Assembly: GCA_043228905.1 (NCBI GenBank)
Contig: JBHGNT010000007.1
Coordinates: 7,936,001 to 8,000,000 of the forward strand
DNA length: 64,000 nucleotides
From: Azolla caroliniana
Lineage: Eukaryota > Plantae > Polypodiophyta
Direction of reading: 5' to 3'
Shown: positions 37,483 to 50,703 of the stretch, in pieces
How the letters are laid out: each line of letters starts with the position of its first letter
Numbering within the stretch: the stretch's first letter is position 1
The notes under the pieces: model-generated
Database searches by the model: none
The model's input: only the letters and a program-made list of their open reading frames with translations
What the model was told of the DNA's origin: nothing
Program-made: the position numbers and the translations under genes

Positions 37483-37974
37483 TTTCTGTGTTACCGTGCT
37501 CTGATACCACTTTGTTGAAAAAAAACCAGTGCTCGGCCACAACCGAGGAATAGGATTAACTCACAGAAAACAGGAAATACAAAATGCACAAAAATAATAG
37601 AGAGAAGAGTACACAGGATGTTTTACGTGGAAAACCCTAAATGGGAAAAAACCACGGGAGTGCAAGACTCCAAACCAAAACTATGCACAGAGCAATATAC
37701 AATGGCGAGCTGCAAGGCGACGACCTTGAGCTTGCTATCCTCGCCACAGGCGGCGGTATTACACAGAGGCAACGACCTCTTCGTATCTCTCTCTCTCTCT
37801 CTCTCGGCTGCTCTCACTTCGCATAAAAATGAGCAACAACAATAAACTGTTTGCCCTAAGTCATATTTATACACATATGACTTTCGGGCTATTTACAAAT
37901 ATAGCCTCAAGGGCTCTTGGCAAACATATTCACAAATATGTCCCCGCATCCGGATCTCTCTCCGGGTACATACA

Positions 37975-38100
37975 TCATCCGGCTCCGTAGCCGGGTCTTC
38001 GTCATCCGGCTCCGTAGCCGGGTCTTCGTCATCCGGCTCCGTAGCCGGGTCTTCGTCATCCGGCTCCGTAGCCGGGTCTTCATCATCCGGCTCCGTAGCT
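37975..38100. repeat. 27-bp tandem repeat in LTR U3 (one more unit than the copy at ~33237-33335)
   Basis: Unit TCATCCGGCTCCGTAGCCGGGTCTTCG. Confidence 0.95.
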
Positions 38101-40028
38101 GCAACCAGGCTTGCCGTCATTCATCTCCGGACATCCCATCCGGAGGGACCGCAAATCCCAACAGAAGATGAAGGACCAGGTACTATCCGTCTTCAAGGAA
38201 CTCCACGCGAGAGTGGAAAGAGAAACTAGCCGGAAGCTGAAGGAGGTGAATACCAAGGGTAGTTTGAGGAGTATTTCCGATCGATGGGAATCCGGCTCGA
38301 ATTCACCGTGCCGAAGACGCCGGAGCTGAACAGGTTGGCCGAAAGGATGACTTGGACGGTGATGGAGAGAGTCTGAAGCATGTTAGCACATGCTAAGTTG
38401 TCCAAGATGTTTTGGGCTGAGGCACTGATGACAACAACCTATGTGATAAACAGATCACCCTCAGCACCCTTGGACGGAGACACACCACAGAGAGTATGGA
38501 TCGGTAAAGACGTGTCTTACTAGCATCTGAAGGTGTTCGGTTGTCTCACTTATGTGCATGTGGCAAAGGACAAGAGAGCAAAGTTGGATCCGAAGTCTCG
38601 GCCATGCATATTCATTGGATATGGCGATGATGCGTTCGGCTACCAGGTGTGGGACTTGGTCGACAAGAAGGTATTCCGGAGTCGAGACATTGTCTTCATG
38701 GAAGACAAGACAATAGCCGATTGGCAGTCGGAGAAGAAGACAATGGATTCCAGGTCGACCAACAGAGATCGGTCAAAAGACACAAGGACCCATCCGGCCG
38801 GAAGCTGAATGACACTCGAAGAACCGGTCAGAGTCAGACAAGAAACCAAATAGACCGAAGAAGAAGATCTGTACACCAAAACCGGACAAGACCCCGAGTC
38901 GGATTCAGATGAAGAACAAACAGAGGAACCGATGGTCGAAAATCAAGGACGGAGATATCCTTTCAGAGAGAGAAGGGCTCCCCGGAGATGTCCGGATATA
39001 GAACATGTGTTGCTGACCGACGAAGGGGAGCCGGAAAGCTTCGAGGAAGCAAAGAAAGACACCCACAACCGCAAGTGATTAAGTGCCATGCAAGACGAGA
39101 TGGATTCCTTGCATGAGAACCACACATATGAATTGACGGAACTGCCGAAAGGAAAGAGAGTGCTCCGGAAGAAGTGGGTGTACAAGCTAAAACCAGGAGA
39201 CGCCGGAACAAAGCTAATGGACAATGGTGAAGGGCTTCCAGCAGAAAAAGGGAGTGGATTTCGACAAGATCTTTGCCCTAGTAGTCAAGATGACATCCAT
39301 TGAGAATGTGTTGATCATAGCAGCAAGCATGGACTTCGAGATTAAGCATATGACAATTCTTTATTCAATTGACAATCATTAAACATTCAGACTGTATGAC
39401 GTAGTTTGCAAAGTTGGTTGAAATGTTGAGAAAATCATGATCTTCGGACATAAAATGTACTTAAATTACAGACTATGAACATGGTCTATACAACAATTGA
39501 TCTCCAGGTTTAACCATCTTGTGGAGGTATAGGGGGAAGAAATGGAAGTGATAGCTATAGTTAGTGATTATGTGTTATGCACTCTAATACTTACTGAATG
39601 TGATTACAATGTTTTTTATAAAATACAAAATTCATTACATTGCTATAAGTTCATCATTCTCTTCATCTTCCTTTTGAGAACTGTCCTCAGAATTCTGTGC
39701 ATCGGCATCCACTCCAATTAGGTTGGCTACGTGGGGTCTGTCGAGAGACAAGCTCAACATTGGGTGCATAACCCAGTACATAGACTGGGTGCGAAAAACC
39801 GTACGCAAAATATGGTCATAGCGGTATGTAAACCGAGAGGCCGTTAGAATGTTATTCCTCGTAAGGAATAATTTTGGGGGTAAGTGTAGGATGCACATTT
39901 ATGAGCGGTCAGGTACTGTAAGTACTTGTGTCAGTCCAATAGTCATGGCTTGTATAAAAGGTGCTCACTAAGCACGAAGTATGTACAGACAACATACAGA
40001 GATTTTTTTTTTAATATAGTTTTGGTTT

Positions 40029-40067
<39 letters not shown>

Positions 40068-40966
40068 CCTCTCTCTCTCTGTGATTTCTGCGTTTTACGG
40101 AATTGTCGTACTTCCGAACCGTGTACTTCGTGTCTTTTGCATACACTTCTGCACACATATTCTTTTGCATGGTATCGGAGCACTAGGGTTGAGACTCCTC
40201 TGTAGTTGAAAGGAAAGCTTGTGATAAAGACAGAGTTAAGTTATTGTTTTCGGAAAGGATAAGACAACAATATGGACAGAGGAATGGGAAGCTCGCTACC
40301 GATTGAGAAGCTCGATAGGAGCAACTACGCATCTTGGTCATACAAGATGCACCAGTATCTGCTTGGTCATGGTTACTGGAGTTATGTTGACAGAGCTAAT
40401 GATGTAGCACCCGAATCGACACACAAAGATTTTTTGGCTTGGGAACAAGCGGCAAGCAGAGTTCTTTACTGCTTCGCGCCCTGTGTGAGCGACCAACTCT
40501 TGAGCTACATTCAGGATGCTAAGATGCCAAAGGATGCTTAGGCGAATCTCAAGAGGATTTTCCCGCTAGCACAACGGCCAGGAAGTTGCAGCTTAGGCAG
40601 GAGCTCAACAATGTCCGACAGAAAGATATGTTTGTGGCCAATTACACAGCCCGAATCAAGGAGATTTGCGACTCTCTCGCCTCCGTCAACGTGAACGTCG
40701 AGGATGAAGAAATGGTGCAGGTTTGTTTTGGTGGGTTAACATCAAAGTTTGGAGCGTTCCAGACGACGGTTTGCACAAGGGAGATTACACCTTTGTTCTT
40801 CGAGCTTCAGTTGATGTTGCTCGTGGAGCAAAATCACGCGGGTGCGTCAACGAGTACACATGCTGACGGTAGGATGCTGTACACGGAGGAAGATAGGCCC
40901 CGTAGTTATGGCAAACGAGGCGAATCAACGCGCAATGGAGGCGGCCGAAAAGAGCAGAACGTGCGG

Positions 40967-41695
40967 TGTCGTGCCTTTCGGCTCCGGATCGTTGCGTGAG
41001 TCGGGTGGGAACCACTGGGGTTTTGGACTAGGAAGAGGAGAGTTTTAAGGCTAATAAGAATATAAATATGTTGTAAGAAAGAGTTATAGCAAACTCGTGA
41101 ATCCCACGAGTGTATTGTATTAGATTAATCAATATGAATATAAGAATATAAACTTCGGTTGAAAGAGAATGATATAGAATTCTCGTGAATCCCACGAGTA
41201 TAGTTTATTAATTGGTGTTTTTTAGAAACATATCTAGTTTCCAAATATTTTTCACACACAATTACATTGTGCTCCCCATCCTTATGTAGTGATAAGGAAG
41301 TCTTAGTAATCCATGCTTTTTCTCTAACTATAGACCCCATGCTTTTCCTATAGATAGACTATATGCTTTATCTAAAGTGATCATGCTTTTTTCTAACTTG
41401 TGCGTTTTTTATCATGCACGCTAGATTTTTATGTGTAGCTTTTTCTTTTGTTATGCGTTTTTCTAATGTTTATCCTAGCGTGAATTTACCTTTCTATGTG
41501 GGACATCTATGCTTTAACACTAATGAAATGCTAGTGTAATGGTAAGACATTACATTATTAACATGGAGGTGCAAGGTTCGAATCTTGCCCTATGCATGTT
41601 CCATTTATTTTGCTATTTTCTTCTATTTCTTCATTTTTTTATTGAATCTAATACTATATACGTTTTTCACGTAGTGTACAAAATACACTACGACA
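40967..41695 (-). mobile_element. Solo LTR (Gypsy-type), 4-bp TSD GCGG, with tRNA-like cassette at 41532-41589
   Basis: TGTCG...CGACA termini; removal restores host gag EQNVRHNQN; orientation inferred from end similarity to 45837 and 55913. Confidence 0.85.
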
Positions 41696-43068
41696 GCGGC
41701 ATAATCAAAATGCCGAAAGCAATTCCGAACCCTCCGGAAGTAGGTGGAGTCATAGAGGCGCCAGAAGCCGACAAGAGAAGGTCGCGACAGAATGTTGGTA
41801 CTGTGGCAAGAAAGGCCACAGGGAGAGGGAGTGCTGGAAGAAGAGAGCCGATTCGAACAAAGCCGGATTGGAGATGCAGGAAGGCGTCAGAAGTCGCACT
41901 ACGCCGAAGGCTCCGAATGAGCTGGAAATGGATTGGGCTCAACCTTCGTAATGAAGCACAAGGCCAATTCGATGGTTGTGAACACCTCGAAATCGAGCGA
42001 GGTGTGGTATGTTGATTCCGGAGCGTCAAATCATATGACAAGTCATGAGGAATGGTTTTCGTACTTGGAGAAACCGGAAAAGCAAGGAGTGGTCAAAAAG
42101 GGAGATGACACTCCGCATACCATCGAACATGTCGAAGAAGTCCCTCTCAGCCAGGTCAGGTAGAAAGGGAAACTTATGAACGTGTTGCACGTCCCGACAA
42201 TAACCAAGAACTTGGTGTCGGTCGGTCAGATTGTCGACTACGGGATGCAAGTTCGATTCACATACCTCGGGTGCTACATCGAAGAAGAAGGCAAAGTAAT
42301 CGCGCAAAGGCGCCATGAAGGGAGGATGTTCATCCTCGATACCAACCTAACTGGAACCGCGCTGTTCGCGAAAGGACAGAAGGTTGAATCGGAATATAGA
42401 CCTGTGGCACAAGCGGTTCAGCCACGTTAACCTCCCATGGCTTCGTGAAATGCAGACGAAGAACATTGTTTTTGGTTTGCCGAAATTTCGGGGCCGTAAT
42501 GGCCAAGTTTGCGAAGCCTGTCAACTAGGGAAGCAACACCGACTTCTGTTCCCAAACAAACGTAATCGGAGTCGAAATCCGCTCGACTTAATCCAGTCGG
42601 ATGTATGGGGACCGGCACAGAACATGAGTCTTAGTAGAAGCCGTTACTTTGTAACCTTCATCGATGCCTTCACTCGGCATTCTTGGGCATGTACGATCAC
42701 AAAGAAGAGCGAAGTCTTCACATGGTTCCTGAAGGGCGTAAGATCAAATGCCGACGATCCGATGGCAAGAAGGAGTACTTCTTTGACCAGTTCACAAGTT
42801 ATCTAAAGAAGGAAGGAATTCGACGCAAATTCTCATGTAGATACACGCTGTAGCAGAACGGCATGGACGAGCGGAAGAATCGGACAATCGAAGACGCCGC
42901 CAAGGCAATGCTTGAAGAGAAGCATATGCCGAAGTTTTACTGGGCTGAAGTCTTAAGGACGGTTTTTTACTTGCAAAATCAGACCTCTGCTAATGGAGGA
43001 GTGTTGCCACACAAGTTGTATTTCGGAAAGAGGCCGAACTTGGCACACTTGAGGATTTTCGGCAGCAT

Positions 43069-43428
43069 TGTTACCCGTAGGAGTTGTACGGGGTGGTATA
43101 AGGGTAAAACACGTTGAAGGGGTTGTTCAGTATGTGTAATGTATATGAGTGTGAAGATGAGTATGTGTGAGCACATGCACAATTATGTGCATGTGACAAG
43201 AGTGTAACGGTCTCTTTTTTAACGGTCATTATTTACAGTTACATTTTGTATTATATAAACCCCTTATGGGGCATGTAATGGATAGGCATTTTTCCCTCTC
43301 ATTTTGGTGTCTTTGTGTATTTGTCTTTCTCTCTAGCTCTCACTCTAACTTAACCCCCTTGGGAGGGGGCTGAAGCCATTCTAGGCTTCACCCCCCACCC
43401 CAACAACACTTTTGGCACGCCCAATGGG
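43069..43428 (+). mobile_element. LTR (~43069-43408) plus tRNA-Arg-type PBS (43413-43428); remainder deleted
   Basis: TGTT...AACA termini; TGGCACGCCCAATGGG resembles tRNA-Arg PBSs; host integrase resumes at HVPKEKRRKLDAK. Confidence 0.7.
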
Positions 43429-44011
43429 CATGTGCCGAAAGAGAAGAGGAGGAAGCTGGACGCCAAAGTCGAGAAGTGTATCTTGGTCGGCTATTCAGAC
43501 GAGCAGAAAGGGTATAAGTGCTATAACCCCTGAACAAAGGAAGTTCGCGTAAGCCGAGATGTCGTGTTTGACGAGTCCGCTTCGTGGTTCTTGCCTTCAC
43601 CTCCAATACCTCACGATTCCATTCTGAATTTTGAAGAAAAGGTCAGCGAGGCTGAGATGTCTATGCGTGATAAGGATATCAGAGCTCTGAGAGAGAGTCT
43701 GATCTCATTTCGGCTAAGCGGGCCGAATGAGGAGTTGGGCGGGCCAACCAAATGAAGAGCCGGCGAGTAGTGGAGACTTGGTCGTGTTGTCCTTGCGTAA
43801 AGAACCGAGGAGATGGTTTACGCGTAAAGAAAAATGGAAGAAGAAAATGTTGGAATACGATTTCGGTAGTGCCGAGTCAGATAAGAGCGAATCTGACTTC
43901 AGGCCAATTGAGAAGGAACCTCCATAGAAGAGGTCGAAATTGACCGAAAAGGCCTAGAAATCAGGAAAATCACGAATTATGCCAATTTACCCACATGAGG
44001 AACCCTGTAAA

Positions 44012-47000
44012 TGATAGGAATATGCGGAATAATGCTCGGCCACAATCGAGTCTTCAATCATTTAATGATAATAATAAAAAACACAGAAGAAACGGGCAAT
44101 GAAGGTAAATGCACGAGCACACGTAAGTGAGAGGGAGTACACAGTATGATACGTAGAAAAACCCTGAGAGGGAAAAAAAACCATGGAAGCCCATAGACTC
44201 CAAATTATCACTTTGTCAAGGAATACAACAAGGAGGGGCACGGAGGCAACGACCTCGTGCTCACACTCTTCGCCTGGCGGAGGTTACAACAGAGACTTAC
44301 TCTGTTTCTCTCTCTCTCGCTCTCTGTTACACTCTATACAACAGTTACACTAATAACTCTATACAAAATAATGACAACTATATATCATACTATTTGCCCT
44401 AGGTCATATTTATACTAATATGAATTTCAGGCTATTTACAAATATAGCCCTAGTGGGCTCTCTGGAACATATTTACATATATGTCCCTTCATCCGGTGAG
44501 AGGTTCTCACCGGGCCTGCAACATCCGGTTCTCACCGGGTCTTCCTTGGTACTCATCATCTGGTTCTTACCGGGCCTTCATCATCCAATTCGGAGGGACC
44601 GAAATCCTAACAAACTCCCCCTTCACTTCGGCATGGGATGTCTGGTTAGTCCAATTCGCTTCTGGCATGCGTCCAGCTTGTCGGGTGTCAGCACCTTGGT
44701 CAGCATATCTGACCCATTCTCCTTCGTGTGGATCTTCATCAGCACGAACTCTCGATCTTCCACTCGCTCCCGGATCCAGTGGTACCTCCGCTGGATGTGC
44801 TTTGTCCTGGAATGATACGCCGCGTTCTTCGCAAGGTGGATGACACTTTGACTGTCACAATAGAGCCAATATTCCTCTTGCCGGATCCCTAGCTCTCCGA
44901 TGAAGTCCTTCATCCATAATATTTCCTTGCCGGCTTCCATGGTTGCCATGTACTCCGCCTATGTGGTTGACAACACAACCGTCTTTTGCAGCCTCGACTG
45001 CCACGAAACAGCTCCCCGTGCATATGTCATAATATATCCCGATGTTGACCAGTTGGTATCTGTATCAGCCGACATATCTGAATCGGTGAAAACGTCAAGT
45101 TGGGGTTTACCGAACCCGAATCGGAGACACATACTTGAGGTGCCTTTCAAGTACCGGAGTATCCATTTTACCGCATTCCAGTGCTCCTTGCCGGGATTGC
45201 TCATAAACCGGCTCACCACTCCGACTGCGTATCCGATATCCGGTCGGGTACACACCATTGCGTACATTAAGCTCCCGACGGCAGAGGCATATGGTATCTT
45301 CATCATATCCGCCTTCTCTGCCTTCGTCTTCGAGCTTTGCTTACCGGATAGCTTGCAGTTTGTCGGAAGTGTCGATCCGACCGGTTTCGCGTCTGACATG
45401 TTGAACCTCTGAAGCACCTTTGTCACGTACTTCTCCTGTGACAGCCACAATTGCTTCGTTGACCAGTCCCGGATGATATGCATCCCCAATATCTGTCTTG
45501 CCGGAGCCAAGTCTTTCATTGAGAAGGTCCGGTTTAGGGCCTTCTTCAACATTTGTATCTTGACTTGGTCTCGTCTGATGATCAACATGTCGTCCACGTA
45601 CAGGAGGAGTATCAAGAAGTCTCCACCTTCGAACTTCTTCACAAATACGCAGTGATCGACCTGCGTCTTGTGGTACCCTTGATCGGTCATGAAGGAGTCG
45701 AACTTCTGGTACCATTGCCGGGGAGCCTACTTCAAACCGTAGAGGCTATTCTTCAGCCGACAAACCAGGTGCTCCTTCCCTTTCTTCACAAATCCCTCCG
45801 GTTGTTGCATGTAGATCTCCTCTTCGAGGTCGCTGTTGTCGTGTGAATCTTCACACACTATGTAAAAAAATAATGAAATAATTATTATAGATTAGATTAG
45901 TAGCTTACTATAGAAAGATGGATATACTCAAGAGCTTCAAAACGTATTTTACTATATACAAAATGGAGAAATACATATCAAGTTATGTGAAAATAAAGTT
46001 TGAGAAGATAGGGAAATTAGAACTACCCCACATAGATAGGAAAGTTAAGGCCCTTGCTATATAACCACCTTGAGCTCCCTCATTTTTCATTTGTGCTAAG
46101 AGCACTTTGGCCACTTTGTCTTGATGGATGATGGTGGCCAAATTCCCTAAAACCGGAAACTGGCCGGTAAGCAAATCCGGAACCGGTATGCAAACTGGAA
46201 ATCAGCCGGTAAGCAAAATCGGAACTAGAACCGGCAAGCAAACCAGTAAGCAAATCCGGAACCGGTATGCAGACTGGAAATCAGCCGGTAAGCAAAATCG
46301 GAACTGGAACCGGCAAGCAAACCGGAACCGGAACCAGCCGGGAAACAAAATGGAACCGGCCGGCGAGGGATTCGACGATCGGGCGGAACCGGCTACCGGA
46401 TGAGGTTGGACGCGGACAGACGGAAGATTGGATCATGCAACAAACTAAAGTAAAGTGAAGAGAACTAAAGTAAAGGCCATGTGGACACAAGCAACTAAAC
46501 TTGGAGTGCATGCAAAAAGTAAAGGTCATGTGGACGGTCACATGCAACTAAACGAAAAAGCCATGCCACTAAAAATAGATGCAACTAAAAGAAAAAGTTA
46601 AGCAACTAAAAGTAGAGGCCATGCAACAAAAATTGGACATGCAGATGATCAAGGGAGAACTCCATATAAAATTCCATTTATTTTTCCTACATTGGGACTT
46701 TCTCCATATTATATTGTTTTTCTTTTCCTTCTGGGGGTCCCCTATCTTTTCGAAGCCATATCTCTCAAGTAAACCCTAATTTTCTTATCAAAGCCATATC
46801 TCTCAAGTAAACCCTCATTTCCTTATCGAAGCCATATCTCTCAAGTAAAACCCTAATTTCCTTACGGAAGCCATATCTTACTCATAACCCTAAATTTCCA
46901 TACGGAAGCTATTCAACTCATAAAACCATAAGTCAAAAGTCCTAATTTTCTATAGAATTCATATCTTAATTTCCTCTAATCTATTACTCTAGCCATCTCC

Positions 47001-50000
47001 ATTAGCAAACTTTTTGTAATCCCAATCTTGGGATTAATTGTAATCTTTCTTTCTACTTGTTAATGAAATTTGTTAATCTTTCTCATTTCTTAGTACATAA
47101 ATACACGAATTTGATATCCTCTAATCAAAGGCCCCGGGGTCTTGCCTCAACGTTCACGTATTTTCGCGACACCGTGGAGGAATGTCGTCTTCACGTCTAA
47201 CTGCTCTACCTCGAGGTTCATGTTTGCCGCTATGCTCAGCACCGTCTGGATGGAAGTCATCTTTACTACCAGGGCAAATATCTCGTCAAAGTCCACGTCC
47301 TTCTTTTGCTGGAACCCCTTCACCACGATCCTGGCTTTGTATCTCGGGGGGTTACCGGCATCTCCTGGCTTCAACTTGTACACCCACTTATTCCGGAGTG
47401 CCCGCTTTTCTTTTGGCAACTCCACCAATTCATACATGTGGTTCTCATGCAGGGAATCCATCTCGTCCTGCATGGCACTTAACCACTTGCGGCTATGGGT
47501 GCCCTCCTTTGCTTCTTCGAAGCTTTCCGGCTCCCCCTCATTGGTTAGCAACACATGCTCTGGATCCGGAAATCTCCGGGGGGGCCTTCTCTCTCTGAGA
47601 GGATATGTCCGTCTTTGGCTTTCGGCAATCGGCTCCACTGTTCGTTCTTCATCTGAATCCGATTCAGGGTCTTGGCCGGTTCCAGTTTCTGCTTCTTCTT
47701 CTTCTTCTTCTGCCGGTTCGGTATCCTCACCGTAACCGGCAGGTTCTTTGAGTGTCAACTAGCTCCTAGCCGGGTAGGTCCGAATCTCGTCAAACCGATC
47801 CTTACCGATCGACTCAGAGTTCATTATCTTCTTCTCCGACTCCCAGTCATCAAAGGTCTTGTCCTCCATGAAGATAATATCTCGACTCCGGAAAACCTTC
47901 TTGTCGACTGAATCCCACACTCGGTAACCAAACTCATCATCGCTGTATCCGAGGAATATGCAAGGCCGGGACTTTGGATCAAACTTTGCTCTCCGGTCCT
48001 TTGCCACATGCACGTAAGCGAGACACCTGAACACCTTCAGATGCCGGTAAGACACATCCTTACCGGTCCATACTTTCTGCGGTGAGTCTCCGTCCAAGGG
48101 TACTGAGGGTGATCTGTTTATCACATACGTCGTGTTACCAGCGCCTCAGCCCAAAATGTCTTGGGTAACCTTGCATGTGCCAGCATACTCCAGACCCTCT
48201 CCATTATGGTCCAGTTTATCCTCTCGGCCAGCCCGTTTAGTTTTGGCGTCTTTGGCACAGTAAATTCGAGCCGGATTCCCTTTGAGCGTCAATATTCCTC
48301 AAATTGCCCCCAATATTCTCCCCCATTATCTGCTCGAACCGCCTTAAGATTCCGGCCGGTTTCTCTTTCCACTCTTGCGTGGAGCTCCTTGAAGACGGAT
48401 AACACCTGATCCTTTGTCTTCAACGGTGTGGCCCACAACTTCTGGTTGAGGTCGTCTATTAACGTCACGAAGTATTGCGATCCGGCATGTGACTTCGTGT
48501 CCACTTGACACACATCGGTATGCACCAGCTCCAGTGGTGCATTATGTCTCATCGGTGGCCTTGAGCGGAAGGAGGTCCGATTTTGCTTACCGGCCAGGCA
48601 GTCGGTGCACTTCTCAAGATGCACGTCTTTCACCGGAATGAGATTGTCATCAGCAAGCCTCTTCATCCCCTTCTCGCTCATGTGACACAATCTCTTGTGC
48701 CACAGCTCACCGGTAGTGTCGGAAGCAACATTGACTTCTTCCCGGCATAACCGAGCATTCATAAGGTACAATGTGTTGCCTTTCCGGGCCCGAGCCACTA
48801 TTAGGCTTCCTTTACTGAACTACCGTTCCGGATGCTACCCGTGTAGCCTTCATCATCTAGCCAACCGGCTGATATCAGGTTCAGTCGAACCTCTGGAACG
48901 TGTCAGACATCCTTCAGCAGCAACTTGCATCCGGTTGGTGTTGTCAGCGACACGTCTCCTATGCCGATAATTCGGCATGTCCCTTCATTCCCCATCCGGA
49001 CACAGCCGTGCTCACCGGTTGTGTAGGATGAGAAGCATTTCCGGTCCGGGGTAAGGCGGAACGACGCTCCAGAATCGACAACCCACGTTGTCTCATCGCT
49101 GGCAAGGTTCAACTCACTCTCCTCGGTGATGAGCATCAACTCTTCTTCATTTGCCGCGATTGCCGTTGTTCCCTTCCAGTCCGATCCTCGCTGATCCGAA
49201 CCGTTTCGGTTCGGTGACTTTTTCGAATCGGTATTGTCGGTTCCCTTGTCTTCTGGAAGTCCCTCGGCTTGCCACAATAGAAGCAAGTGGGCCTCCCCCT
49301 TGACTTTGACCGTGTCCCCGACTTTTCCCAGTTTTGGGGACTCCGATTCCTTTGTCTTCCGCGTCCCGATTCGGTAAGGAGCGCTTTGGATTCAGAGCCC
49401 GTATCCTTGTCTTTTCGACGCGCCTCCTCATCTAACAAGCTCGATTTGACTCTTGCTAGGGATAACTATTTTCCTTCAGGCCCGGTGTTGCCCAAAGTGA
49501 CAACTAACGTCTCCCAACTATCCGGGAGGGAACCGAGCAGGAGTAGAGCAAGTACCTCATCGGCGAGAGGTACTTCCAACGAGGTTGCCTAGTGAATCAG
49601 CCCCTGGAAGGCATTCATGTGCTCCGCCATACTGGAGCCATCTTGGTACCGAATTTGCACTAGCTTCCGGAATACCGAAACCTGAGTTTTTGTTCTGAAA
49701 CATAATGCCGATCTTCTCCCAGAGCACATGAACCTTACTCTCCTCATTAAAGTTGTTGTACAGGCTCATGTCGATGAAGCACCGTATGTACGTCGTTGTC
49801 TTCATGTGCATCACCTCCCATATCATGGCATCGATCTTGTCTGGTCTCTTGTCCCCACTGAACCGGCAACCAAAGATCTTTAACCACGAGCATGTCCCTC
49901 ATCTTTGACTTCCACACTGAATAGTTGGGGCCGGTGAGCTTGAACATGCCTCCCAACGAATCTTCCATTTTTCTGTGTCATTTCGCTATGATACCAGTTT

Positions 50001-50292
50001 GATAGGAATATGCGGAATAATGCTCGGCCACAATCGAGTCTTCAATCACTTAATGATAATAATAAAAAACACAGAAGAAATGGGCAATGAAGGTAAATGC
50101 ACGAGCACTCGTAAGTGAGAGGGAGTACACAATATGTTAACGTGGAAAAACCCTAAGAGGGAAAAAAAACCACAAGGAGCCCACTGACTCCAAACTATCA
50201 CTATGTCAAGGAATACAACAAGGAGGGGCATAGAGGCAACGACATCGTGCTTACAGTCTTCGCCTGGCGGCAGTTACAACAGAGACTTACTA

Positions 50293-50338
<46 letters not shown>

Positions 50339-50703
50339 TTACACTTTGTACAACAGTTACACCAATAACTCTATACAAAATAATGACAACTATATATCAT
50401 ACTGTTTGCCCTAGGTCATATTTATACTAATATGAATTTCAGGCTATTCACAAATATAGCCCCAATGGGCTCTCTGGAACATATTTACATATAAGTCCCT
50501 CCATCCGGTGAGAGGTTCTCACCGAGCCTGCAATATCCGGTTCTCACCGGGTCTTCCTTGCTGGGTACTCATCATCCGGTTCTTATCGGGCCTTCATCAT
50601 CCGGTTCTTATCGGGCCTTCATCATCCGGTTCTCAACAGGCCTTCATCATCCGGTTTTCACCGGGCCTTCATCATCCCATCCGGAGGGACCGAAATCCTA
50701 ACA
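44012..50703 (-). mobile_element. Full-length degenerate Copia (5' LTR 50000-50703, PBS 49985-49996, 3' LTR 44012-44612), RT interrupted by a solo LTR
   Basis: TSD GTAAA/ATAAA (one mismatch); PBS TGGTATCATAGC; MEDSLGGMFKLTGPNYSVWK gag; pol closely similar to the intact element but frameshifted. Confidence 0.92.
45837..47171 (+). mobile_element. Solo LTR (Gypsy-type, 1335 bp), 4-bp TSD CTGT/CCGT, with ~81-bp and ~38-bp internal tandem repeats
   Basis: TGTCG...CGACA termini; removal restores host RT FLHGDLEEE; GAAGCCATATCTCTCAAGTAAACCCTAATTT units at ~46750-46900. Confidence 0.85.

Larger units (their letters stand above)
32775..38163 (-). mobile_element. Young intact Ty1/Copia LTR retrotransposon (5' LTR 37513-38163, PBS 37498-37509, PPT 33399-33412, 3' LTR 32775-33398)
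   Basis: TG...CA LTRs differing by ~3 substitutions and one 27-bp repeat unit; TSD GAAGA (32770-32774 and 38164-38168); iMet PBS TGGTATCAGAGC; PPT GTGAAGGGGGAG. Confidence 0.97.
32497..39350 (+). mobile_element. Degenerate host Copia (GAG-pre-integrase, integrase, start of RT) split by the intact element; host parts 32497-32774 and 38164-39350
   Basis: Removing the insert and one GAAGA restores ..KLWVSPLKMKDQVLSVFKELH..; multiple stops. Confidence 0.85.

Noticed and set aside
37483-37542. ORF-track N-terminal extension (MWPSTGFFSTKWYQS..) of the polyprotein
   Set aside because: Starts at a non-ATG codon inside the LTR and reads through the PBS; the first ATG is at 37482.
41525-41595. Functional tRNA genes at the three tRNA-like sites (also 28375 and 56546)
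   Set aside because: Only the A/B boxes and partial arms remain; acceptor and anticodon stems cannot be folded.
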